64,000 nt of DNA, taken from the IMG/VR virus record IMGVR_UViG_3300047160_006886, positions 47,991 to 111,990 of that record; one strand, 5' to 3'. The first letter of the stretch is position 1. Each line of letters opens with the position of its first letter. The notes beneath the pieces were generated by a model. That model worked only from the letters and a program-made list of their open reading frames with translations. It did no database searches and was not told where the DNA came from. The stretch comes from a virus. Shown piece by piece: positions 45,238 through 55,018 of the stretch. The translations under genes were made by a program, and so were the position numbers.

Positions 45238-46218
45238 TCAACCGCCGCCGATGCGGATCGCCGTCAGCTTGAGTCGCGGAGCGGTCCCGAAGCCGGCTGA
45301 GCCGTGGCCGTAGAAGAAGGTCGTGCCGTCGTGCTGAGCGACCAGGCGGTCCGAGTTGCCGTCGGGGTAGGTGATCAGCGCTTCGACGTCATTAAGGATC
45401 TCGACCTGCCCCGGTACCTCCGGGACGTGCCGACGGGTCGCTGTCATATCCTCGAAGATGCGGAGGTAGGAAGAGACCATACTGCCCGACATCAGCTGCC
45501 ACTGGCCGACGAACTTCCGCTTGCCGAGACCGCCGGTGATGGTCTGGGGATTGTCGCGAAGGAGCGATAGAGCGTCAAAACCCTCACCACGGAAACCCAT
45601 CGCCTGCGGTTGAGGCGAGTGGCCGATGCCGGTGATGGCCGTCTCGACGCCGACGTGCTGCACCAGGGTCGGGTTGTGCACATACTCCTTCCAGCCGATC
45701 TTCTGATAGGCGGTGACGATTCCGCCGTCGAGAGCGGTCCTGGCTCGGTCGTCGGTCCGCTGCGGCTTAGCCCACATCGACTCAGCCGAGAGCAGCTTGC
45801 GGGCTGCCTCGTTCGAAAAGACCAGGGCGACCGCCCCGAAGCCGAGCTGGTTCGACTCGTGCCAGCCGACTCTCCGCCCGCCTTGAGTGTCGCAGAGCTT
45901 CTGGTTGTCGGGGAAGGTATAGAGGTTACAGTACCCGAGATGCGGATAGGGGATTGCTTCGAGGTAGTCCCGCAAGTTGCGATAGGTGACGAAGTCGTCC
46001 TGGAACATGGCAAAGCGGTCGGCGTTCGGATTGCGGAACCACAGTTCGGCGAAGGTGACGAACCAGTTGCCGACCGTGTAGAGCGGTGGGTTGTGGTCCT
46101 CGCCGTCGATGGAGACGACGGGATCGGGGAAGCCGGCCCCCTTGATCGCCGCCAGCGTCTGCTGGAGCAGGTTATCCTTCCGCTTGACGCAACTCGTGAC
46201 TCCGCAAGCCCATTTCAT
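45238..46218 (-). CDS. GT-A fold glycosyltransferase-like protein
   Basis: MFQDD..GAVALVF..PTLVQHVG. Confidence 0.65.
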   Translation of the reverse strand: MKWACGVTSCVKRKDNLLQQTLAAIKGAGFPDPVVSIDGEDHNPPLYTVGNWFVTFAELWFRNPNADRFAMFQDDFVTYRNLRDYLEAIPYPHLGYCNLYTFPDNQKLCDTQGGRRVGWHESNQLGFGAVALVFSNEAARKLLSAESMWAKPQRTDDRARTALDGGIVTAYQKIGWKEYVHNPTLVQHVGVETAITGIGHSPQPQAMGFRGEGFDALSLLRDNPQTITGGLGKRKFVGQWQLMSGSMVSSYLRIFEDMTATRRHVPEVPGQVEILNDVEALITYPDGNSDRLVAQHDGTTFFYGHGSAGFGTAPRLKLTAIRIGGG

Positions 46219-47060
46219 TTTGGCAACGCCTCTCTGGTGACGGCGACGTAGTCCTGCCGCCAGTGCGGACGCAGTTCGTAAGTGCCGGCCTTGACCGGCA
46301 GCTTGCCGACGTCACGGTAGTAGGCATCGTGAGGTCGGACGCTGGAGAGGTGGTGAGGTTGGACGCCCCAGCGGTAGATGTAAGCCCAGTCGGCGAAGGG
46401 CATCATTCTCTCCGGCTCGGTCCAGGGATACTTACCATCCCTCGGATCGAGGCAGCCGTTGGTCTTGCACTGCTCGATCAGCTTGCGGTCGAAGATGGAG
46501 TCCTGCGATCCAGACGTCGCCGGGTAGCCGCCGACCTTCTCCCACGCCGATCTCTTGAAGATGCCGGCGTGGTGGCGGATGCCGATGTTGTGTCGGTAGA
46601 AGATACCCCGGCCAGCAGGAGGCACCTCCCAGTAGATGACCTGCGGCGGCTTCCAGTAGTCGTCAAAATCGTCGAGCGGAGCATCTCCTCTTATAACGAC
46701 CCACCGACCATCCTTGCACGTCCATCTGTCGGAGGCATCAATCATCTTCACCGCCTGGCTGATCCGCCAGGGCAGCGAGATGTCATCATCCTCCCACGGA
46801 CAGATCAGGTCGCCGCGAGAGACAGCAATGCCGTAGTTGTACTTCTCGCCAAGCGACGAGACCCTCGGCCACTTCATCTGGACCGTCACTCCGGAAGGCG
46901 GGATCAGTTCCTGACCGGGAGCATCGCTGAGCACGATTAGCTCTCTCCGGTCAGCCGGGTAGTCCTGGCGGAGAAAAGACTCGACAGCCTCCTCGACCAA
47001 CCACTGGTAGTCGGGGCAGCGGTTGTAGGTAGGGCAGATGCAGGAGACGAAGGGCATCAT
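46215..47060 (-). CDS. Glycosyltransferase family 2
   Basis: VSCICPTYNR..QDYP..ELIV..GDLI..WEDDD. Confidence 0.88.
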   Translation of the reverse strand: MMPFVSCICPTYNRCPDYQWLVEEAVESFLRQDYPADRRELIVLSDAPGQELIPPSGVTVQMKWPRVSSLGEKYNYGIAVSRGDLICPWEDDDISLPWRISQAVKMIDASDRWTCKDGRWVVIRGDAPLDDFDDYWKPPQVIYWEVPPAGRGIFYRHNIGIRHHAGIFKRSAWEKVGGYPATSGSQDSIFDRKLIEQCKTNGCLDPRDGKYPWTEPERMMPFADWAYIYRWGVQPHHLSSVRPHDAYYRDVGKLPVKAGTYELRPHWRQDYVAVTREALPK

Positions 47061-47242
47061 ATTCCACCTCCCAGTGAAGCAATGACTTCCTCTTCCTCTG
47101 TCGGCTCCGGTTTACAACTACGAGAACACTTCGGACACCAGCGAGTATCCTTCATGCTCTGCGGCCAGTCGCAGTCTGGTGGATACTTCCACGTCTCGCC
47201 GTCATCGCCCGTCCAACCGCAAATGACGCAGCGGTGTCTCAC
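47057..47242 (-). CDS. Small zinc-finger protein
   Basis: CVICGW..CPKC; GTGA overlap. Confidence 0.5.
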   Translation of the reverse strand: MRHRCVICGWTGDDGETWKYPPDCDWPQSMKDTRWCPKCSRSCKPEPTEEEEVIASLGGGI

Positions 47243-47688
47243 GGCTTCACTTCCCTCCTCTCGTCCCAGTAAGGCTCGCTGATCTCCTTCGGCACTCCGT
47301 GAGTGTCGAGCATGAAGTGAGTGAAGGCGTCGCGGTTCGAGAACTTCTTGATCGCCTTCTTGAGAAGCCTCGGCGACTTCTCCAACAGAGCCAAGAATTT
47401 GATCTCTTCCTTCCGGATCACGTCGGCCGGGTCGATGTCGTTCCTGATGTACCACTGCCTGATCCGTCCGGCTCCGGAGCAGAAGCAGTTGAGGATGTCG
47501 GCTCGCCGCCCATCGGTCTGCAGAAAACGGAGGGCGTCATGTTCACCGCCACACGGGCAGGGATATCGCAGAAATTTCTCTCCTGGAAGCGGTTCCACGT
47601 TGGGCTCCAGCCCGCTCTCCAAGACATGCGGCAAGGACTTCAAGTGGCCCAGCACCTTCCCTTCGATCTCGGTCAGAGCTTCGCTCAT
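47239..47688 (-). CDS. Protein with an AlaRS helical-domain-like C-terminus
   Basis: VIRKEEIKF..L..G/S..LL..DAF..LDTHGVP. Confidence 0.5.
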   Translation of the reverse strand: MSEALTEIEGKVLGHLKSLPHVLESGLEPNVEPLPGEKFLRYPCPCGGEHDALRFLQTDGRRADILNCFCSGAGRIRQWYIRNDIDPADVIRKEEIKFLALLEKSPRLLKKAIKKFSNRDAFTHFMLDTHGVPKEISEPYWDERREVKP

Positions 47689-47811
47689 GCCGGACTCCCT
47701 TCCCCGTTAGTACGAGCGACCGGAATGGCCGGTGGAGTCGGTGGGATTGATGGTGTTCGCGGTGCTCTCGCTCTTGCCATGTCTAGTCTCCTTCCAAGGA
47801 TAAGGGTAAGA

Positions 47812-48543
47812 TCAGGACTTTCTCCAATAACAGGCCGACCAATCGACCTTGTGGATCTCGTCGTCGATGCCGCGCTGCCTGCGGTAGTCAGCCACGGCGG
47901 CGTGCGGTCCTTTGTGGCTGTAGAAGTCGTCGCAGATGATGAAACCACCCGGCGACAGCTTGGGATAAAGAGCGACCAGAGAGTCCATCGTGCTCTCGTA
48001 CATGTCCCCGTCGAGGCGGACCAACGAGAACCGGCCGGCGTCGATCTTCGAGAGGGTGTCCTTGAACCAGCCCTCGACGAAGCGGACGCGGCTGATGGGA
48101 ACGCTGAAGCGAGCGAAGTTCTTGACGACCTCGTCCCTGGAGACGGCCAAGTAAGGTATCGTGTGATGGTTGTCACCGGTGTCGACCGGATAGCGAAGCG
48201 GGTTCGGCGGTGGCAGACCCTTGAAGGAGTCGCAGACCCAAACCTTCCGCCTCTCGTCTCCCCAAACTTCGAGGATCGCGGTCATGAAGATGGCGGCTCC
48301 GCCCCGCCACACCCCGGCCTCGACAAAGTCGCCCGGCACGTTCCAGCGGAGCACTTCCTTCGCACAACGCTGGATGTTGTCGAGCCGCTTGTGACCGATC
48401 ATGGTCACCGCGTATGGGGGCCAGTCGAGGCCGACCTCCCGCTTCTCCGGATCGAACGGCGGAGATTCCTTGTCGCCGTAGATGGAGTTGGTCAGGGTCC
48501 ACTTCAGCAGATCGAGATAGAGGTCGGTCGGTTTTGCGTTCAT
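47812..48543 (-). CDS. TylF/MycF/NovP-family sugar O-methyltransferase
   Basis: VPGDFVEAGVWRGG..DSFKGLP..GWFKDTL..RLDGDMYEST..GGFIICDD. Confidence 0.93.
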   Translation of the reverse strand: MNAKPTDLYLDLLKWTLTNSIYGDKESPPFDPEKREVGLDWPPYAVTMIGHKRLDNIQRCAKEVLRWNVPGDFVEAGVWRGGAAIFMTAILEVWGDERRKVWVCDSFKGLPPPNPLRYPVDTGDNHHTIPYLAVSRDEVVKNFARFSVPISRVRFVEGWFKDTLSKIDAGRFSLVRLDGDMYESTMDSLVALYPKLSPGGFIICDDFYSHKGPHAAVADYRRQRGIDDEIHKVDWSACYWRKS

Positions 48544-48552
48544 AATGTCATT

Positions 48553-50604
48553 CTAATCCAGCTTCGGCCACTTTCCGAGTGGGCAGTCCTGGTCCCGCCA
48601 GGCCGACTTGCCCTCGACGACCTTCATGGTCCTCTGGTCGACCGAATCGGCCAGGTAGCAACCGCACTCGGTGCAGCGGTCATTGGAGCGACTGGGGCAG
48701 AGGTCGCAGATCTGGAGCCGTGCCTCGATCTCCTCCGGTGAGCAGATCTTCGAGCCGCCGGCGAGGTGAGTCGCCTTGGCCACTCCATAGTTCCAGACCA
48801 TCCGGCCCCAGCCGGGGAGGGGCTTCTTGTCCTCCTCATCCCTGGAGAGGATCAGGAGCCCGTTGTTGTTGTGGTAGTGCCTGATCACCGACCACTGAGG
48901 ATACTCGCGGACGAACTTGCGGACGCCAGCGAGCATGCCGGGCTGGCCTCCCTCGCCCCGCTCGCCAAAGACGACAGTGCCGAGGAGGACGATCCAGCGA
49001 CGGACCTTCGAGTGATGTCTCTTCAGCTCGGCCAGGGTGTGAGCCTCGGTGTGGACGGTCTGGATGAAGAGCATGTCGGTCTCGTCGATGTCAGCAGTCA
49101 GCGACTCGCCGCGGCGGAACTCGACGTGGGTGCGGCCGGGGATCTCCTGCAGCCGCTCGATGGTCGGCTCGAAGATGTTGCTGTAGGAGATGAAGGTCTC
49201 CGGCTGACCGGCCAACAGAGCGACCGTGCTGACCGAGTGTCGCTTGCCGAACTCAGTGACATGCTTGCAGTTGGCGGCCATGTCGCGAAGGACCTGAGTA
49301 TGCTCGTTGAGATCACTGGGGGTTCGGAGGGCGACTTGCCAGAACTGCTCGAGGTCCCAGTTCCGCCAGGCCGTGTTCGGACAGCCGCTGCAACCACCGC
49401 CACTCGCAGCTGTACCAGCAGATGGACTGACCGCGACCGACTTGGGCCATTCCGGCGGATCGAGCGGGTTGTCGGCCAGCTCTTTCCACTCGTTCTCCGG
49501 CATCAAACGGGTGGCGACGAAGTGGTCGTAGATCGGCTGCAGATCCAGGCCCAGCTCGCCGTGGCCAATGACATAGTTGCGGACCTTCTGCCAGCGAGTT
49601 AGGGGATAGGGAACTCCTCCCGGCCGACCGAAGCGATGGAGCCAGGGAGCGTTGGGGATGCAGAGATTCTTTCCTCCATTGCGGCGGATCTTCTCGTGGA
49701 TGTACAGCTCCTCGCCGCCGAAGCCGGAGAACTTCTTGTTGAAGCCGCCGATCTCTTTCCAGACCTCCTTGCGGCAGGAGAAGAAGCCCAGTCCGTTGCC
49801 GGGGATCTCGATGGGTCGGTCGTAGTCGGGTCGTTCCAGGTTCCGCCGAAAGCCCAGCGCTTCGAGAACCCGCTCGTGACCGTTCCACTCGATGTTCTGG
49901 GGAAACTCGAAGCCGCACTCAGGACACCTATCGTACATGACCTGCGGATAAGTCAGGGAGCCGAAGCCGCAGACCCCCATCGAGGTCTGGCCGACGGTGG
50001 CCTCGGTCGGCGGGGCCTTCGGCGGCACCTGGATGCAGTCGAGGTAGAAGCCGCACCGGCATATCTCGGCCGTGCCCCAGATGCCCCACATCTCGCTCCG
50101 CCAGACCGGGCTGAAGTGGGTGTTGTAGACTTTGAGACCATCCATCAGCAGCGGACCGGTCAGCATGTTCTTAGTGTCTGGGTGCTCATCGTAATACTTG
50201 CGGATGGCGGCCAGGGAGCCTGGAGGTAAGAGGATGTGCCCGTCGATGCAGATGACATAATCACCAGCGGCCTCATCGAAGACCTTCTGGCGAGGAGCCG
50301 AGGTGCCCTTGGGCTGCTCCAGGGGGATGTAGCGAGCCGAGTGAACGTCGCCTCGGACATAGCCGCCGACCATCGCTCCGCCCTGCCGGGGATCTGGCTG
50401 CGGGAACATCTGCATCAGAGCGATAGTGTGCGGGTTGACGATCCGCTGACCGTCCTGGTTGAGGATGGGGTTGTTATCGACCACCAGGATCTCGGTGTCG
50501 GCCATGCACTCCGAATGGTAGAGCCTCAGCGCCTGAATGGTGAACCAAGCCCCGTCGAAGTCGTTGAAGGTCGCGAAGCCTATGGTGTACTTCGGTTTGG
50601 ACAT
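48553..50604 (-). CDS. Fusion: GT2 glycosyltransferase, methyltransferase-like domain, C-terminal Cys domain
   Basis: EILVVDNNP..CIDGH..GFGGEE..H.F; SDLNEH..TEFG; RL.IC..CP..RC..CGC..CPLGKW. Confidence 0.78.
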   Translation of the reverse strand: MSKPKYTIGFATFNDFDGAWFTIQALRLYHSECMADTEILVVDNNPILNQDGQRIVNPHTIALMQMFPQPDPRQGGAMVGGYVRGDVHSARYIPLEQPKGTSAPRQKVFDEAAGDYVICIDGHILLPPGSLAAIRKYYDEHPDTKNMLTGPLLMDGLKVYNTHFSPVWRSEMWGIWGTAEICRCGFYLDCIQVPPKAPPTEATVGQTSMGVCGFGSLTYPQVMYDRCPECGFEFPQNIEWNGHERVLEALGFRRNLERPDYDRPIEIPGNGLGFFSCRKEVWKEIGGFNKKFSGFGGEELYIHEKIRRNGGKNLCIPNAPWLHRFGRPGGVPYPLTRWQKVRNYVIGHGELGLDLQPIYDHFVATRLMPENEWKELADNPLDPPEWPKSVAVSPSAGTAASGGGCSGCPNTAWRNWDLEQFWQVALRTPSDLNEHTQVLRDMAANCKHVTEFGKRHSVSTVALLAGQPETFISYSNIFEPTIERLQEIPGRTHVEFRRGESLTADIDETDMLFIQTVHTEAHTLAELKRHHSKVRRWIVLLGTVVFGERGEGGQPGMLAGVRKFVREYPQWSVIRHYHNNNGLLILSRDEEDKKPLPGWGRMVWNYGVAKATHLAGGSKICSPEEIEARLQICDLCPSRSNDRCTECGCYLADSVDQRTMKVVEGKSAWRDQDCPLGKWPKLD

Positions 50605-50676
50605 CTCTCGATCTCCCATCTTTCTCTTTGCCAAAGGGTTAAAAGTCTCTTCCCTCTTCCTCTCCGTTGCTCATCA

Positions 50677-53600
50677 TCAACCGCAGCCACAGCAGACGCA
50701 CTCCGAGCAGCCTCCATTCGACGGCGTGGTCTGACCGCCGGTGCAGTCGACGCAGAAGGTTCCGTGGACCGGACAGCCGCCGTCGGCATTGATGAGCGCC
50801 CAGGAGCCATTGTTCCAGCAGTACTTGCACGGCAATGGTCGGGTGCAGTTGACCGTCGTGCCGGAGCACTGGACGCAGTTGGTGCACTGCTGAGCCGGGC
50901 AGGCCGGGTTGGCGGGCGGACTGTTCGGTGGCCCGGCGCAGATGACCGCATTGCCAACGCAGCAATTAGTCTGCTGAGTCCACTGACCGGGAGAGCCGGG
51001 CGTCCAGGCGTAGCAGCAGATCCCCGTGCCGGCTCCGGTCGTGGTCGTGCAGGTCGTCGTGGTGGTCGCCGGACAGGCCGTTGTCGTGGTTGTGGTAGTC
51101 GTGGTGGTGGTCGTGCATGGAGGGATGCAGCTCGTCCACTTAAGCATGTGGCAGCAATCGCCGGCCGGAGGATCGCCTCCGGGGGAGGCACAGGGGCAGT
51201 TGAGCCCGGTGCAGCGGTTGTCGATAACCAACCAGAATCCCGACCCCCAGATGCCGGTGACGCAGTCGGAGCCGGGCTGCGGCTGGAACTGCCAGAGACA
51301 GCCGCCGGTCGAGGGGTTGGGCGTGGTCGTGGTCGCCGTGGTCGGGCAGGACGAACAGGCTATCGTGTAGGTAAAATCGTCGGGCGAGTGGAGACAGGGA
51401 TTAGTGACCGTCGCAGCACAGCACTGGCAGCTGGTCGGCGGTGGACCGCAGGGGCAGCCGTTGGTAGTCAGAGTGCAATTTGTCTCGCCAGGGACGCAGG
51501 AGTAGACGCAATAACCGCTGCCGGCCATGCCGGTGCCCCCGCAGCCGGGAGAGGCCGTCGTCGTGGTCGGACACTGAGTGGTCGTGGTGGTCGTGCCGCA
51601 GTCGGTGTGGGCGATCGCACAGGGCGAGTTGCAGTCGAGGTTCTGACTCGGCGGTGGGCAGGAACAGGGACTGTGGTTGCAAGGGTCGCTGACGAGCACC
51701 CAGGTCGAGTTCTGGCATTGCCATGAGCAGGTACCGGAGCAAGGGGTTGTCGTGGTCGTGGCGATGCATGGAGTCTGAGCCGTCTCGCCAGCGCTCTGAC
51801 CGTTGTAAGAGACGTTGGCACACTGGCAGATCGAGCCGCAGGTGTTGTGAGTGATCGACCAGGACGAACCGTTCCAGGTCCAGATGCAAGCCGCTCCGCA
51901 GCCGGTAGTCGATGAAGTCGTGCAGACGCAAGAGGTCGTCGTCGTGTGGCTGGTCGAGGTCGTCGTGGTGTGCGAAGTCGTCGTTCCCGTCGTCCCGGTC
52001 GTTCCAGAAGTCGTAGTGGCACAGTAACAGAGCGTCGAGGTGACCGCACAGGGGTCGGTGCAGGGAACGGTCGGAGCATCACAGAAGCAATTGAGTCCGC
52101 AGAAGTCGGAGATGCAGCCACTCCCTCCGCCTGGAGGAGAGATGCCGATCCAGCCAATGGCCGTACAGGCCCAGAGACAGATGCCGCCGCAGGAAGGCGG
52201 CAGGGTCGTCCCAGTCCCGGTCGTGAGGGAAGTCGTCGTGGCACAGTTGGTGATTGCCGTTTGACCGCAGTTGGCATGACCGCAGAGGCTGTTCGGTGGC
52301 GGCAGGCAAGCCTGACAGAGTGAGCAGTCACCGCTGAGCCCTTCCCAACCGAAGACCGTGCAGAGCCAGGTGCAACCCGAGCAACCGGGAGGACCACTTC
52401 CGCCGCCTCCACCCCCGCCTCCTCCCCCACCGCCACCACCGCCACCGCCGCCGGCAGTCGTCGTCGTCGCCGTAGTCGCCGTGCCGGTGGTCGGGCACTG
52501 AGTGGTCGTCGTCGTGCCGGTCGTCGTCGAGGGGCAGCCGCAGCAGCAGGGCTGAATGGTGACCGGGGTCTTCGAGCAGAACCCCTGAGTGGTCTCGCCG
52601 TCGGTCGAGCCGCAGTAAGCGGGGACGGAGCAAGAGCAGTTATTGCCGCAGCAGTTATTCTGGGTCCGATTCCACTTGCACTGAGCCGCACTCCAGGTCC
52701 ACTGACAAGTGCCGACGCAAGGGTTGGGATGGTGCGGATCGGGAGTGGTGGCGCTGCAAGGAAGGGTCGCCTGATCGCCGGCGTTGACTCCGATGGTGGT
52801 CGGAAAGACGCAGTCGCAGCTCTCGGTGCAGAGGTCGTCGGTCTGCGTCCAGTTGGTCCCGTTCCAGGTGAAGACGCAGACCCCGCACGCCGGGGTCGAA
52901 GTCGTCTGAGTGGTCGTCGAAGTGCCCTGGCTGGTGCAGGGCGGACAATTGCCGTCGTCGTTCTCATCGTTGACCACCTCCCAGACGGTCCCGATGTAGA
53001 TGGGACAGCTGGTGGTCGTCGTAGTCGAGGTGCAGGGAACCGCCGTCGTGGTGGTGCAGGAGGTCGTGGTCGAGACTGAAGTCGTCGTCGTTCCGGTCGA
53101 GGTCGTTGTGCCGGTCGTGGTGGTCGTCGGCGTCGTGCCGGCACAGGTCGTCGTGGTGCTGGTCGTCGTCGAGGAAGTGCCGGTGGTCGTGGTCAGGGTC
53201 GTCGAGGTGCAGTTGGTGAAGCCGATCTGACCGACGCAGCCGACGTAGGCCGGCTGAGCGCAGTCGCAAGCGGGGGTGTTGCAGGGATCGTCTAGCTGCG
53301 ACCAGACCATCCCGTTGAAGGACCAGACGCAGGTGTCGACGCAGCCACTGCCGGGGTCGATGCAAGGAGTCTGGAGCTGGTCGTTGACGTTGACCCCGCC
53401 GCAGAGGGGGCGGACGCAGCCGCAGGTGCCCGAGCAGGTGTTCGAGACGAGGACCCAGTAGGTGCCATTCCACTGCCACTGGCAATTGCCGGATGGACAC
53501 TGGGTGGTCGTGGTCGGCTGACACGGCTCGGCGATGATCCTCCCGACCTCGTCGCCGATGACCAGGGGAGTGACGCAACCGCAGTTGCATCCGGGCGGAT

Positions 53601-54309
53601 CGGGCTGACCGGGAGGCGGACGGGTCGAAGTCGTGCAGTTCTGGTTGCAGCGGTTGGCCTGGAGGTTCCACTGCGTCCCGTCCCACTCGTATAAGCAGGT
53701 GCCGCAGGAGGGAGTGGTGTTGAGGAAGTACTGCTTGGCGGCATAGCGCTTGCCGACCGTCAGCTTCTGGTTGACGGCGACCCCCTTGACGTTCGCCTGA
53801 TTTACCACCTCGGTGACGCCGTCGAAGTCGACCAGGTCTCCGGTGTAGAGGCAGTTGCAATCGGGGCAGCCGGTGACCTTGAAGATCTGCCAGTTCGCGC
53901 TGACGATGGAGGCAATCCAGTTGCCGTACTTATCCCGCTCGATGAGTATCCAGGTACCGCCGGGGATGATCTGGCCAGTGACATTAAAGACGGGTGCGGG
54001 AGCGACGAAGGGCACGGCCGTAAGGGTGCCGACCAGATTGCCCGAGCCATCGTCGTCGACCGAGAGGATCTGCCAGAGGTTGCATTGAGCCGAGGTGACG
54101 GTATTGGTAGATGGATCGACCGCCGGGATGCCGCCCGACGGGGTCTGAGCGACGTAGACTTCGGGAGTCAGGATCTCCTGGTCGTCGATACCGGTGTCGC
54201 CGGCTCGGTTGACGGTGTTCTTGTCGAAGTTGCTGACCCACTGGACGATCTTGAGGATCGACTCCCGGTCCTTCTCGTTCAGGAAGTAGAGATTGCCGAA
54301 GTCGGCCAT
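50677..54309 (-). CDS. Giant Cys/Thr-rich repetitive putative virion fibre/adhesin
   Basis: About 12 CxWxWNGxxW..C modules, poly-Thr linkers, poly-Gly hinge; at the end of the tail genes. Confidence 0.7.
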   Translation of the reverse strand: MADFGNLYFLNEKDRESILKIVQWVSNFDKNTVNRAGDTGIDDQEILTPEVYVAQTPSGGIPAVDPSTNTVTSAQCNLWQILSVDDDGSGNLVGTLTAVPFVAPAPVFNVTGQIIPGGTWILIERDKYGNWIASIVSANWQIFKVTGCPDCNCLYTGDLVDFDGVTEVVNQANVKGVAVNQKLTVGKRYAAKQYFLNTTPSCGTCLYEWDGTQWNLQANRCNQNCTTSTRPPPGQPDPPGCNCGCVTPLVIGDEVGRIIAEPCQPTTTTQCPSGNCQWQWNGTYWVLVSNTCSGTCGCVRPLCGGVNVNDQLQTPCIDPGSGCVDTCVWSFNGMVWSQLDDPCNTPACDCAQPAYVGCVGQIGFTNCTSTTLTTTTGTSSTTTSTTTTCAGTTPTTTTTGTTTSTGTTTTSVSTTTSCTTTTAVPCTSTTTTTSCPIYIGTVWEVVNDENDDGNCPPCTSQGTSTTTQTTSTPACGVCVFTWNGTNWTQTDDLCTESCDCVFPTTIGVNAGDQATLPCSATTPDPHHPNPCVGTCQWTWSAAQCKWNRTQNNCCGNNCSCSVPAYCGSTDGETTQGFCSKTPVTIQPCCCGCPSTTTGTTTTTQCPTTGTATTATTTTAGGGGGGGGGGGGGGGGGGSGPPGCSGCTWLCTVFGWEGLSGDCSLCQACLPPPNSLCGHANCGQTAITNCATTTSLTTGTGTTLPPSCGGICLWACTAIGWIGISPPGGGSGCISDFCGLNCFCDAPTVPCTDPCAVTSTLCYCATTTSGTTGTTGTTTSHTTTTSTSHTTTTSCVCTTSSTTGCGAACIWTWNGSSWSITHNTCGSICQCANVSYNGQSAGETAQTPCIATTTTTPCSGTCSWQCQNSTWVLVSDPCNHSPCSCPPPSQNLDCNSPCAIAHTDCGTTTTTTQCPTTTTASPGCGGTGMAGSGYCVYSCVPGETNCTLTTNGCPCGPPPTSCQCCAATVTNPCLHSPDDFTYTIACSSCPTTATTTTPNPSTGGCLWQFQPQPGSDCVTGIWGSGFWLVIDNRCTGLNCPCASPGGDPPAGDCCHMLKWTSCIPPCTTTTTTTTTTTTACPATTTTTCTTTTGAGTGICCYAWTPGSPGQWTQQTNCCVGNAVICAGPPNSPPANPACPAQQCTNCVQCSGTTVNCTRPLPCKYCWNNGSWALINADGGCPVHGTFCVDCTGGQTTPSNGGCSECVCCGCG

Positions 54310-54339
54310 CGCTCAGACCTTGCTACCTTGCTACCTTTG

Positions 54340-54939
54340 TCACTCTGGGAATGCATGGACGACGATCTTCGCTCGACCGTGACGGCAGCGGATCATCAGC
54401 ATCGAGGCGTCGGTCGGCGAGAAGCGAAGCACCTCGCCGGGAGGGATCGAGATGTCGCAGCGGTCTTCGTCCTTCGCCCGCGGGGCAAAGCAGACCTCAA
54501 CAATCCGCTTCTTCACCTCGGAACGCTCCTCCTGGGTCGGATTGACCTGCACCCAGATCCCCTCGCGGTTCTCGACGACAATCATCGACGGCTTCTCGAC
54601 CCAGCCGCAGTCGAACTTGACCCATTGATCGCCGACGTTGGTGTGGCGGATGAATGGCTGCTCGTCGGTCTTCAGCTTGCGGAGGAAGCGTGCGTCGACC
54701 GCCGACAACCCGGCACCGTCCGCCGCCGCCGGTCTGAAGTAGATGGTCTCGACGACGATGATCCTCCCGCCGGTCGGGACCGAGATCTGCTGCCGCAGGT
54801 CGGTCGCTTGCTGCACGTTGCCGTCGCTGGCGGTGATGATAGATGAAGCGATGGCGCTGGCCGGCGATGGTGTGATGAACGCTGCTGGAATCCGCAGGAA
54901 TGGGCCGACGGAACCGGAACTGGGAAATTCGTCTGACAT
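54340..54939 (-). CDS. Putative tail/virion protein
   Basis: C-terminus PGE..IR....K/V.V.AF resembles 55019-55444. Confidence 0.5.
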   Translation of the reverse strand: MSDEFPSSGSVGPFLRIPAAFITPSPASAIASSIITASDGNVQQATDLRQQISVPTGGRIIVVETIYFRPAAADGAGLSAVDARFLRKLKTDEQPFIRHTNVGDQWVKFDCGWVEKPSMIVVENREGIWVQVNPTQEERSEVKKRIVEVCFAPRAKDEDRCDISIPPGEVLRFSPTDASMLMIRCRHGRAKIVVHAFPE

Positions 54940-54949
54940 CGAGGGTCTC

Positions 54950-55017
<68 letters not shown>

Positions 55018-55018
55018 A

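Noticed and set aside
51000-53200. Repeats as a CRISPR array or DGR
   Set aside because: They are Thr-codon and Cys-module coding repeats; no fixed repeat-spacer period and no reverse transcriptase in the window
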